Positions 47,431 to 59,752 of a DNA stretch of 64,000 nt are shown here, piece by piece. The translations under genes and the position numbers were made by a program. The DNA lies in NCBI GenBank assembly GCA_043228905.1, contig JBHGNT010000001.1, forward strand, positions 21,390,001 through 21,454,000, in the 5' to 3' direction. The DNA is from Azolla caroliniana. Taxonomy: Eukaryota; Plantae; Polypodiophyta. Within the stretch, counting starts at the first letter, position 1; every line of letters begins with the position of its first letter. The notes under the pieces were generated by a model. It saw only the letters and a program-made list of their open reading frames with translations, was not told the DNA's origin and made no database searches.

Positions 47431-48992
47431 ACGGCAAGCCCGGGGGTGACAAGCTGGTGGGGGCGAGGGGACGACGGAAAGCGGAAGACTCAGGACCTAT
47501 TGCAGCAGCACGAAGACAGGAAGGGCCAAGCGGGCCACTACGGGGTGTTTCTCGGATGCAAAGAACGCCAGTATGCGGGTGAGTGGCGATGCACGATCTA
47601 GCCGGAAAAGGGGCCGACAAGGCGTGCAATGAACCGGAGTACGGCACAGGCGGTGCCAAACAATGGACGAGGGTATGTGGCGCACGGAGGTGCTGGAGCG
47701 GAAAGGCGAGCGCGGAGATAGGTTGCGCGGTTCAGAGGTAGCGCGTAGAAGGCCAGAAAGGGATCCTCCACACTATTCCGGAGACCATGGCGGTTCGAGC
47801 CAACGCGGCGATGTAAGACCATGGAGAAGGAAGGTGGCGGCGAGAGGACGAAGGCAACGCGAAACAACATGGGATGACAATCAGGACATCACGAATGGTC
47901 AACAGAGGCCAAGCAGGCCACTACGGGCATGCCTCAAGCGGAGGACATCGGGCATACGGCGGGGAGCGGGCATTCATACGGCCGATCAAGGGCCAGCAAA
48001 AGTACGTGTACTACGGAGATCGCGGCAGAGGACCCATCGACGAGTCGAACGAGCCTACGGGGAGGTAAGCGCGAAGGAAGAATCGAAGCCGACGGATCAA
48101 ACCGACAGCGAGCCGGGATGCGGATCACGGAAGACCGGTTTCTCACCGGCCGAAATCTCTCACCCTTCAACCAGATTTGGCACGTACCGGTGGACATGCA
48201 GTTAGGTGGGGGCGGATGTCGTGAAGAATTTCGGCCAGAGGCGGAAACTGGGAAACATTGGCTACATCGGCGGGGTGCAGCGTGTGTGCTCACCCTTGTA
48301 CATTTAGTGCGAATAACGAGGGCGCCTTTATGGTGCCGAAGAGTAGTCAAGTTGGGACAGACGATCCCATGTAAGTCGGGATTTTATCCCACATTGTAAC
48401 GCATCCCTCTCCTTGTTCTATAAAGGAAGGGAGCGGCCTTGGTGAAACGGTTGCTCATTTTTTTGCGTTAGAGGGTATACCGTTAGTTTAGGGTTAACTT
48501 CTTCTTCTTCTTCTTCTTCTTCCCCCTTTGTGCTTTGCTTAGGGTTTGCTTTGGCTCGGCCTCCTGTGCAAGACCCCGCTCGGCGCGACGAGCCGTGAGC
48601 TCCCCGACGGCGGCTTGACAGCAGACGACTGTTGTAACCTACCTTGGTCCGGCTCGATGCCAGGAATGTATTCTTCCTTATATATATATACGTTTGCGTC
48701 TGTTTGTGTATATTCGCATCTTTGTTGGTGTCGGGTGCTTCCCCTTTCTTGCATTTCCTGTACATAAGGGCATGAGTCGGGTTGGCCTGTGTGTGTGTGT
48801 GTGTGCGTGTGTGTGCGTGAGTCGGTGTTAAGAGCGCTCTCTCTCTCTCTCTCTCTCTCCCTTCGGTTGCTTCCGGCGTGCTTCTGGGATGCCCCGGAAA
48901 CGGTGAAGCACGACTTCCTACGCTCCATCACTCCCTAGTCCAAGACCCCCGTGGTCCCGCCTTTCTCCACGCACGCGCGTAACAACGCGACA
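47431..48992 (+). mobile_element. G1 3' part with 3' LTR 48217-48992
   Basis: The LTR is the reverse complement of 40575-41361; PPT ggtgggggcgga at about 48205-48216. Confidence 0.9.
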
Positions 48993-50220
48993 ACGGGTGC
49001 TTATGGAAGCACCCAAAGAAGAGAAGTGGCATCCCACTCCGAGTAGTGGCAAAGAAAGAAGAACAGGGGAAACTACTGGCGGCATTCCACGAGAGCCCAT
49101 GGGCCGGACACCGCGGAACGTGGGCCACGTTCGAGAAGCTGAAGGAGAAGTACTGGTGGTCGGGGCTATACTAGGACGTGCATCGGTTCGTAACAACTTG
49201 CAAAAGCTGTCAAGTGCACTCCGTAGTCCGACACCGGGACGAGCTACACCCGACCTACCCGCCTACGGTCCATTTCAAGTGGATGGTGGACTTGGTGACG
49301 ATGCCGATGGGGGTAAGACAGATGTGATACCTAGTGCTTGCACGGGAAGACTAAACGAACCAGGTGGAAGGCCATGCACTGCAAAGCAAGACAACCGCGG
49401 CGGTATGCCGGTTCCTGATCGAAGAAGTAGTGTGTCGGTACAGGTGCGTCGGGAGGATCGTGGCGGACCGGGGAGAGCTGGATGCGCGGGAGGCCGAGGA
49501 GCTGTTCGACCGGCTAGGCATCAAACTCTCCCTCACCATGGCGTACAATCCGGAGGCGAACGGAAAGGTGGAACGTGGGCACGGACCGATTGTAAAGGCG
49601 TTGGTGCGTGCATGCGGTGGGCAGGTCGGGAATTGGCCGCGACTCCTTACGCACTATGGGCGGACCGGACTACGCACAGTTCGGTGACAGGGTTTATGCC
49701 AGCGGAGCTAATGTACGGACAAAAGCCGATCATGCCGGTGGAACGGACGGTTTCTTCGTGGGCGGCGGTAGTTTGGAAGGACGAAATGAGCCGGGAGGAG
49801 TTGCTGGCGGCGCGGATTCGGCAACTCGAGCGGAGGCCGGAGGACGTGATACAGACGAAGGAAATGCTGCGAACGGCAAGGGAGCGGAACAAGACCCGGT
49901 TCAACCGGACGCACCAGTTGCGACCAAAGAAGATCGAGGAAGGCGACTGGGTCTTGGTATACGATAGCAACCTCGACAATCAGCACAAGGCGGTGCGAAA
50001 GTTTGCTAGGAGATGGTTCGGGCCCTACATGGTGACGAGCGCGAACAGCAACGGCACGTACCACCTCGCGGAACTCGACGGGACACGGTTAGCGGTGCCG
50101 GTGGCCAGAAAGCGGATCAAAGCTTTCAAAAAGCGGTTCGAAGACGAGCCAGAGCCTGCGAGCGGGAGCGACAATGACAATCAGTTCGGGTCCGGTGGAG
50201 AATCGGAGAGCAACGAGTGA
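48993..50220 (+). pseudogene. G2 integrase (frameshifted), GPY motif, no chromodomain
   Basis: Continues FFLRD|GCLWKHPKK across the G1 insertion; IVADRGEL, AYNPEANGKVERGH and RRWFGPY. Confidence 0.88.
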
Positions 50221-50880
50221 GGCTGGGTTTCTTCGATATCTACCCGTCTCTAGCGCATAGCGGTGGATCCGCGGTTTGGTGGGGGTGGATGTCGTGAAGA
50301 AAACCGGCCATAGGCGGAATCGGAGAGAAAGCGCGTAAACCGGCCCTTACATGGATGGACGCGTGACTTGACATTTTGTACACAAACCGGTGGATGTAAA
50401 TACTAAGCTGCATGCATTTATTAGGGGGGGATTGTGCGTATCCCGGTCAGAGGGACAGGGAATAAAGGGAAGAGGACAAGGGAAAACGGGCATCGCACGC
50501 GAGGAGGAAGAAAAGCGTTGCTACAGAACGGAAGGCGGAGCTCTCTCCCTTCGACTCGAATCGTCGCTCTCTACGGGTGTCGGGAGGTCGCTACCTCTGC
50601 TTCGTGGACAGCCCGTGTGCTTCCAGCAGAGTCGCTCCCTTTCCCCCTTTTGTTTCTTGGAGTCGTGTGACTGTCGTCGGTGGGCGTGAGTAGGGTCCCC
50701 GTGCCAGGTCCATCGCCGCTTTGTCGGTTGTAACTGTCGGAGTTTGTAATCTCTGTCATTATAATGAAGTGTTACGTTCTATATCTCTCTTTCTCGCTTC
50801 TACGTGTCGGTGATTCTCTCTCTCTCTGTCTCTCTCTCTCTCCCTCCTCGGTCCAAGACCCTCGTGGTCCCGCCCCTTTC

Positions 50881-53800
50881 TGTTGGGAGACAGGTCCCTC
50901 CGGATGGGTTGGGAGAAGAACAGTGCTGACGATGAACAAACTCGGCCGAGGCCGAAACCGTATGAGGAGGACCCCGGCTACGGAGAGCCGGATGGTGCAG
51001 GCCCGGTATGAACCGGATGAGGAGTACCCGGCTACGAAGAGCTGGATGGTGCAGGCCCAGTATGAACCGGATGAGGAGTACTCGGCTACGGAGAGCCGGA
51101 TGGTGCAGGCCCGGTATGAATCGGATGAGGAGTACCCGGCTACGGAGACCCGGATGATACAGGCCCGGTGAGAACCGGATGAGGAGCACCCAGCTACGGA
51201 GAGCCAGATGACGCAGACCTGGTGAGAACCGGAGGAAGAGACATATTCGTAAATATGTTTCTGAGAGCCCATTGAGGCTACATTTGTAAATAGCCGAAAA
51301 GTCATATTAGTATAAATATGACTTAGGGCAAACCTTTTAGATGTAGTTGGACGTTGTGATTTTTCTTGTTGGTGCAAGAAGTGAGAGTGCGTAACTGTAC
51401 AGAGAGAGAGAGAGAGACGAGGTCGTTGCCTCTGTTGTAACCGCCGCCTGTGGCGAAGATCGTGAGCACGAGGTCGTTGCCTCCGTGAACTCACTGTTTT
51501 GTACATTCTTACATAGTGACAGTTTGCAGCCCGTGGGCTGCCGTGGTTTTTTCCCCTAGTTTGGGGTTTTCCACGTTAACCTCCTGTGTATCTTTCTCCT
51601 CTTTGTGTCGTGTTCTATTTCCCATTTTCTGTGTATGAAAAGAATCTCGGTTGTGGCCGAGCGTTGCGCATAAGGAACGTTGGGTTCTCCACAAGTGGTA
51701 TCAGAGCGAAATCGACACAAAAAATGGATGAATCGTTTGGTGGCATGTTCAAGCTCACCGGCTCCAACTATTCAGTATGGAAGTCCAAGATGAGGGACAT
51801 GCTCGTGGTTAAAGACCTCTGGCTGCCGGTTCAATTCGGGGACAAGAGACCGGACAAAATCGATGCCGCGATATGGGAGGTGATGCACATGAAGACAACG
51901 GCGTACATACGGTGCTTCATCGACATGAGCCTGTACAACAACTTCAATGAGGAGAGCAAGGCTCAGGAGCTCTGGGAGAAGATCGGCATAATGTTTCAGA
52001 ACAAAAATGTTGTCAATCAAGTGTCGGTATTCCGGAAGCTAGTAAGACTCCGGTACCAAGATGGCTCCAGCATGGCGGAGCACATGAATGCCTTCCAGGG
52101 GCTGATCCACCAGGCAACTTCATTGGAAGTACCTCTTGCCGATGAGGTACTAGCTCTACTCCTGCTCGGTTCCCTCCCGGATAGCTGGGAGACTATGGTT
52201 GTCACTTTGGGCAACGCCGGGCCGGAAGGAAAGCGGTTATCCCTAGCAAGAGTAAAGTCGAGCTTGCTAGATGAGGAGGCGCGTCGGAAAGACAAAGATA
52301 CGAGCTCCGACTCCAAAGCGCTCCTTACCGAATCGGAATGCGGAAGACAGAGAAACCGCAGTCCCCAGAACCGGGAGAAGTCGGGGACACGGTCAAAGTC
52401 AAGAGGGAGGCCTACTTGCTTCTATTGCGGCAAGCCGGGACACTTCCAAAAGAACTATCGGCATTTCCGTAAAGACAAGGAAACCGACGGTACCGATTCG
52501 AAGCAAAACCCGGACCGGAACGGTAAAGACCGGAGGGGGCCGGACCAGAAGGGAACGACGGCAATTGCGGCAAGTGAAGAAGAGTTGATGCTCATCACCG
52601 AGGAGAGTGAAATAAACCTTGCCGGCGACGAGATGACCTGGGTGGTAGACTCCGGAGCGTCGTTCCACCTTACCCTGGACCGGAAATGCTTCTCATCCTA
52701 TTCAGCCGGTGATCACGGCTGTGTCCGGATGGGGAATGAAGGAACATGCCGAATCGTCGGCATAGGAGACGTGTGGCTAACAACACCAACCGGATGCAAG
52801 TTGCTGCTGAAGGATGTCCGACACGTTCCGGAAGTTCGTCTGAACCTGATATCAGCCGGTCGGCTAGATGATGAAGGCTACACGAGTAGCATCCGGAACG
52901 GTGTCATGAAGTTCAGCAAAGGGAGCCTGATTGTGGCTCGGGCCCGGAAGGTAAACACGTTGTACCTGATGAATGCCCGGTTATGCCCGGAAGAAGTGAA
53001 CGTGGCATCCGACACTGCCGGTGAGTTGTGGCACAAGAGGCTGTGTCACATGAGTGAGAAGGGGATGAAGAGGCTTGCAGACGACAACCTCATTCCAGTG
53101 AAGAACGTGCACTTAGAGAAGTGCATTGATTGTCAGGCCGGTAAGCAGAACCGGACCTCCTTCCGACCAAGGCCACCGATGAGACGTATTGCACCACTGG
53201 AGTTGGTGCATACGGATGTGTGTCAGGTAGACACGAAGTCACATGCCGGAGCGTAGTACTTCGTGACGTTCATAGATGACCACAGCCGGAAGCTGTGGGC
53301 CACACCGTTGAAGACGAAGGATCAGGTGTTATCCGTCTTCAAAGAGCTCCACGCAAGAGTGGAAAGAGAAACCGTCCGGAAGCTGAAGGAGGAGAATACC
53401 GGGGGCAGTTCGAGGAGTACTGCCGCTCGAAGGGAATCCGGCTCAAATGTATCGTGCTGAAGACGCCGGAACTAAATGGGCTGGCCGAGAGGATGAACCG
53501 GACCATAATGGAGAGGGTCCGGAGAATGCTAGCGCATGCAAAACTACCCAAGAAGTTTTGGGCTAAGGCACTGTCGACGGCGACATATGTGATAAACAGA
53601 TCACCCTCAGTACCCTTGGACGGAGACACGCCACAGAGAGTATGAACCGGTAAGGAAGTGTCCTACCGGCATCTGAGGGTGTTCGGGTGTCTCACGTACG
53701 TGCATGTAGCAAAGGACCGGAGAGGAAAGTTAGATCCAAAGACCCGGCCATGCATATTCCTCGGTTACGGTGACGATGAGTTCGGCTACTGAGTGTGGGA

Positions 53801-56630
53801 CCCGGTCGACAAGAAGGTATTCCGGAGTCGAGATATTATCTTCATGGAGGACAAGACGCTCGCCGACTGGGAGTCGGAGAAGAAGATAATGAACTCCGAG
53901 TCGACCGGTAAGGATAGACTCTACGATGAGCAGACCCAACCGGCAAGAGACCGATTAGCACTCGAGGAACCAGCCGGTTACGGTGAGGATACCGAACCGG
54001 CAGAAGAAGAAGTAGAAGAAGCTAAGACCGAAACCGGCCTAGACCCCGAATCGGATTCGGATGAAGAGCATATGGACGAGCCGTTTACCGAAGCCCGAAG
54101 ACGTAGATATCCTCTCAGAGAGAGAAGGGCCCCCCGGAGATTTCCGGATGCAGAGCATGTTCTGCTGACCGATGAGGGGGAGCCGGAAAGCTTCGAAGAA
54201 GTGAAGGAAGACACCCACAGCCGAAAATGGTTAAGTGCCATGCAGGACGAGATGGATTCCCTGCATGAGAACCATACATACGAATTGGTGGAGTTGCCGA
54301 AAGGAAAGCGGGCACTCCGAAACAAGTGGGTGTACAAGTTGAAACCGGGAGATGCCGGCAATCCCCCGAGATACAAAGCGAGGATCGTGGTGAAGGGGTT
54401 CCAGCAAAAGAACGGCGTGGACTTCGACGAGATATTTGCCCCGGTAGTAAAGATGACCTCCATCCGGACGGTGCTGAGTATAGCAGCAAGCATGGACCTC
54501 GAGGTAGAACAGCTGGACGTGAAGACGGCATTCCTTCACGGCGACCTCGAAGAGGAGATCTACATGCAGCAACCGGAAGGATTTGTGGAGAAAGGGAAGG
54601 AGCACCTGGTATGCCGGTTGAAGAAGAGCCTGTATGGACTGAAGCAGGCTCCCTGGCAATGGTACCGGAAGTTCGACTCCTTCATGACCGATCAAGGGTA
54701 CCACAAGACACAGGCCGATCACTGTGTGTTTGTGAAGAAGTTCGAAGGAGGCGACTTCTTAATACTCCTCCTATACGTGGATGACATGTTGATCGTCGGA
54801 CGTGACCAAGTCAAAATACGGATGCTGAAGAAGGCTCTCAACCGGACCTTCTCAATGAAAGACTTGGGTCCGGCAAGACAGATGTTGGGGATGCACATCA
54901 TTCGGGACCGGTTAAAGAAGCAACTATGGCTGTCACAGGAGAAGTATGTGACAAAGGTGCTTCACCGGTTCAACATGTCAAAAGCGAAACCGGTCGGATC
55001 GACACTTCCGGCAAACTACAGGCTATCCGGCAAGCAAAGCCCGAATACGAAAGCAGAGAAGGCGGATATGATGAAGATTCCATATGCCTCTGCCGTCGGG
55101 AGCTTGATGTACGCAATGGTTTGTACTCGACCGGACATTGGATACGCAGTCGGAGTGGTGAGCCGGTTCATGAGTAATCCCGGCAAGGAGCACTGGAACG
55201 CAGTCAAATGGATACTACGGTATTTGAAGGGCACTTCAAATATGAGTCTCCGATTTGGCTCTGGAAAACCTAAACACGACGGTTTCACCGATTCGGACAT
55301 GTCGGTTGATGTGGATACCAGCCGGTCTACATCTGGGTATGTGATGACATATGCAGGGGGAGCTGTTTCGTGGCAGTCGAGGCTGCAGAAGACGGTTGCA
55401 TTGTCAACCACAGAGGCGGAGTACATGGCGGCTGTGGAAGCCGGCAAGGAAATATTATGGATGAAGGACTTCATCGGAGAGCTCGGTATCCGGCAAGAGG
55501 AATACCGACTCTACTGCGATAGTCAAAGTGCCATCCACCTTGCTAAGAATGCGGCCTACCATTCCCAGACGAAGCATATCCAACGGAGGTATCACTGGAT
55601 CCGGGAAAAAGTAGATGACCAGGAGTTCGCATTGACGAAGATCCACACGGCCGAGAACGGGTCAGATATGCTGACCAAAGTGCTGACACCCGACAAGCTG
55701 GACGCATGCCGGAAGCGGATCAGACTGGTAAGACACCCCATGCCGGAGTGAAGGGGGAGTTTGTTGGGAGACAGGTCCCTCCGGATGGGTTGGGAGAAGA
55801 ACAATGCTGACGATGAACAAACTCGGCCAAGGCCAAAACCGTATGAGGAGGACCCCGGCTACAGAGAGTCGGATGGTGCAGGCCCGGTATGAACCGGATG
55901 AGGAGTACCCGGCTACGGAGAGCCGGATGGTGCAAGCCCGGTATGAACCGGATGAGGAGTACCCGGCTACGGAGAGCCGGATGGTGCAGGCCCGGTATGA
56001 ACCGGATGAGGAGTACTCGGCTACGGAGAGCCGGATGGTGCAGGCCCAGTATGAACCGGATGAGGAGTACCCGGCTACAGAGCGCCGGATAATACAGGCC
56101 CGGTGAGAACTGGATGAGGAGCACCCGGCTACAGAGAGCCAGATGACGCAGACCCGGTGAGAACCGGAGGAAGAGACATTTTCGTAAATATGTTTCTGAG
56201 AGCCCATCGAGGCTACATTTGTAAATAGCCGAAAAGTCATATTAGTATAAATATGACTTAGGGCAAACCTTTTAGATGTAGTTGGACGTTGTGATTTTTC
56301 TTGTTGGTGCAAGAAGTGAGAGTGCATAACTGTACAGAGAGAGAGAGAGAGAGACGAGGTCGTTGCCTCTGTTGTAACCGCCGCCTATGGCGAAGATCGT
56401 GAGCACGAGGTCGTTGCCTCCGTGAACTCACTGTTTTGTACATTCTTACATAGTGACAGTTTGCAGCCTGTGGGCTGTCGTGGTTTTTTCCCCTAGTTTG
56501 GGGTTTTCTACGTTAACCTCCTGTGTATCTTTCTCCTCTTTGTGTCGTGTTCTATTTCCCGTTTTCTGTGTATGAAAAGAATCTCGGTTGTGGCCGAGCG
56601 TTGCGCATAAGGAACGTTGGGTTCCCCACA
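50881..56630 (+). mobile_element. Ty1/copia element H (Tork/Tnt1-like), full length, youngest LTR insertion of this nest
   Basis: LTRs 50881-51693 and 55762-56630; TSD CTTTC; PBS-Met 51696-51707; PPT gaagggggag. Confidence 0.97.
51724..55751 (+). pseudogene. gag-pol: Copia H gag-pol, nearly intact
   Basis: Long ORFs 51586-53256 and 53793-55751; stops at about 53254, 53643 and 53790 and a small deletion near 53388, all within integrase. Confidence 0.92.
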
Positions 56631-56662
56631 CTTTCTACACGTACGCGCGTAACAACGCGACA

Positions 56663-59346
56663 ACGTACGTGATTAATAGATCACCCTCAGCACCCTTGGA
56701 AGGAGACACACCGCAGAAAGTATGGACCGGTAAAGATGTGTCTTACCAGCATCTGAAGGTGTTTGGTTGTCTCTCTTACATGCATGTTGCAAAGGACAAG
56801 AGAGCAAAGTTGGATCTGAAGTCCAGGCCATGCATATTCCTTCGATACGGTGATGATGAGTTTGGATACCGAGTGTGGGACTTGGTCGACAAGAAGGTGT
56901 TCCAGAATCGAGACATAGTATTCATGGAAGACAAGGCTATTGCCGACTGGGAGTCGAAGAAGAAGATAGCAGACTCCGGATCGACCGACGGGACCCATCC
57001 GGCCGGAAGTAGGATAACACTCAAAGAATCAGGCGGAGTTGGACAAGAGACCGAACCGATCGAAGAAGAAGAAGATCAAGATACCAGAACCAGACAAGAC
57101 CCCGAATCAGATTCAGATGAAGAACAGATGGAGGAACCAGTGGACGAGAACCAAGGAAGAAAATATCCTCTCAGGGAGAGAAGAGCCCCCTGGAGATTTC
57201 CGGATGCAGAGCACGTATTGCTAACCGATAAGGGGGAGTTGGAAAGCTTCGAAGAAGCAAAGAAAGACACCCACAGCCGCAAGTGGTTGAGTGCCATGCA
57301 GGATGAGATGGATTCCCTGCATGAGAACCACACATACGAACTGGCGGAGTTGCCGAAAGGAAAGAGGGCACTCCGGAACAAGTGGGTGTACAAGCTGAAA
57401 CCGGGAGACACTAGAAATCCACTGAGGTACAAGGCCCGGATCGTGGTGAAGGGTTTTCAACAGAAGAAAGGAGTGGATTTCGACGAGATCTTTGCCCCAG
57501 TAGTAAAGATGACATCCATCCGGATGGTGTTGAGCATAGCGGAAAGCATGGACCTCGAGGTAGAGCAACTAGACGTCAAGACGGCGTTCCTACATGGCGA
57601 CCTCGAAGAAGAGATCTACATGCAACAGCCGGAAGGATTCGTCAGAAAATGGAAGGAGCACCTGGTATGCCGGCTGAAGAAGAGCTTATACAGACTAAAG
57701 CAAGCCCCCCGGAAATGGTACCGGAAGTTCGACTCTTTCATGACCGACAATGGGTACCAAAGAACGCACGCCGATCAATGTGTGTTTGTGAAGAAGTTTG
57801 ACAGAAGAGATTTTCTCATCCTCCTGTTGTATGTGGACGACATGTTGATTGTCGGACGAGACCATATGAAGATCTGAGTGTTGAAGAAGTCCTTGAGTAG
57901 GTTGTTCTTGATGAAGGATATCGGTCTAGCAAAGCAAATCCTGGGGATGCACATTGTTCGGGATCGAACAAAGAAATTATTGTGGCTATCACAAGAAAAG
58001 TATGTGACAAAGGTGCTCCAGATATTCAATATGGAGAGCGTGAAACCAGTCGGTTCGACATTGCTGACGAACTGCAAGCTGAGTAAAGACCAATGTCCAA
58101 AATCGAGAACAGAAAAGGTCGAGATGGAAAAGGTTCCTTATGCCTCCGTGGTTGGAAGCCTGATGTATGCAACGGTTTGTAACAAGCTAGACATAGGATA
58201 CGCAGTCAGAGTGGTCAGCTGGTTCATGAGCAATCCAAGAAGAGAACACTGGAACGCGGTCAAGTGGATACTTTGGTACTTGAAAGGCACCTCGAGTATG
58301 TGCCTCCGGTTCAGCTCAGGTAAACCCCAACTGGAAGGCTTTACGGATTCGAATATGTTGGCTAATGCGGATACCAGCCGGTCCACATCCGGATACATCA
58401 GGACATATGCAGGGGGAGTTGTATCGTGGCAGTCAAGGCTACAGAAGTCCGTTGCACTATCAACAACGGATGCGGAGTACATGGCAGTTGTGGAAGCCGG
58501 CAAGTAATATAGATGAAGGACTTCATCGCAGAGCTAGGAATCCGACAAGAGGAATACCGGCTCTACTGCAATAGCCAAAGTGCCATCCACCTTGCTAAGA
58601 ACATGGCCTACCATTCCCGAACCAAGCACATCCAGAGAAGATACCACTGGCTCCAAGAGAAGGTAGAAGATCAAGACTTCGCGCTGACGAAGATCCACAT
58701 GGAGGAGAACGGGTCGGATATGTTGACCAAGGTGCTGTCAGCCGACAAACTGGACACGTGCCGGAGACGAATCAGACTAACAAGAAATCCCATGTCGGAG
58801 TGAAGGGGGGAATTTGTTAGGAATTTGGTTCCTCCGGATGGGATCCGGAGGAGCCGGATCGAACGAGCCGAATGAAGGAACCGGACCGGATGCAGCAACC
58901 GGACCAAACCGGAAGGTATCCGAATGGATCCGGTGTGAACCGGATCCAGGGACATATCTGCAAATATGTTTTTGGTGCGCCTATAAAGGCTATATTTGTA
59001 AATAGTCTTAAAGTCATATAATTATAAATATGACTTAGGGCAATCACTTTGGTGGTTTTTGTTGTTGTTACTTGTATTATAGTTGTAGAGAGAGAGAGAG
59101 AGAAGAGAAGTCACCGGTTGGCGAAGATACAGAGCTCGAGGTCGTTGCCTCTGAGTCTCCTGTTGTACCTCCTTTCTCATATAGTGATAGTCGGAGTCTA
59201 TAGGCTCCCGTGGTTTTTCCCTATTAGGGTTTTCCACGTAAACATTCTGTGTTGTCTCTTCTCTGTAAGTGTACAAACCTCCATTTCTGTTTTGTTCCCT
59301 CATAAAGTGTTGGAATCTCGGTTGTGGCCGAGTGCTATTCCGCACA
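56663..59346 (+). mobile_element. Copia F 3' part (INT C-term, RT, RNaseH, PPT, 3' LTR 58815-59346)
   Basis: TYVINRSPS.., YVDD and TKHIQRRYHW; PPT at 58802-58812; LTR TGTT..CACA. Confidence 0.92.
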
Positions 59347-59752
59347 GGTCGCTCATGCCCATTCGTGTTTCCGATGTAAATAGTCTTAAATTCATATAAG
59401 TATAAATATGACTTAGGGCAATCACTTTGGTGGTTTTTGTTGTTGTTACTTGTATTATAGTTGTAGAGAGAGAGAGAGAGAAGAGAAGTCACCGGTTGGC
59501 GAAGATACAGAGCTCGAGGTCGTTGCCTCTGAGTCTCCTGTTGTACCTCCTTTCTCATATAGTGATAGTTGGAGTCTATAGGCTCCCGTGGTTTTTCCCT
59601 ATTAGGGTTTTCCACGTAAACATTCTGTGTTGTCTCTTCTCTGTAAGTGTACAAACCTCCATTTCTGTTTTGTTCCCTCATAAAGTGTTGGAATCTCGGT
59701 TGTGGCCGAGTGCTATTCCGCACAGGTCGCTCATGCCCATTCGTGTTTCCGA
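58997..59752. repeat. 378-bp direct tandem duplication spanning the LTR/flank junction
   Basis: 58997-59374 is repeated at 59375-59752 with very few mismatches. Confidence 0.93.

Larger units (their letters stand above)
50290..56662 (+). repeat. G2 3' LTR (50290-50880 and 56631-56662) split by copia H
   Basis: Reverse complement of 45792-46428; its last ~30 bp resume after element H. Confidence 0.9.

Noticed and set aside
50764-51506. Repetitive ORFs (ATESRMVQARYEPDEEY and antisense), also 55662-56327
   Set aside because: Products of the 54-bp LTR repeat being a multiple of three; no sign of a real gene.
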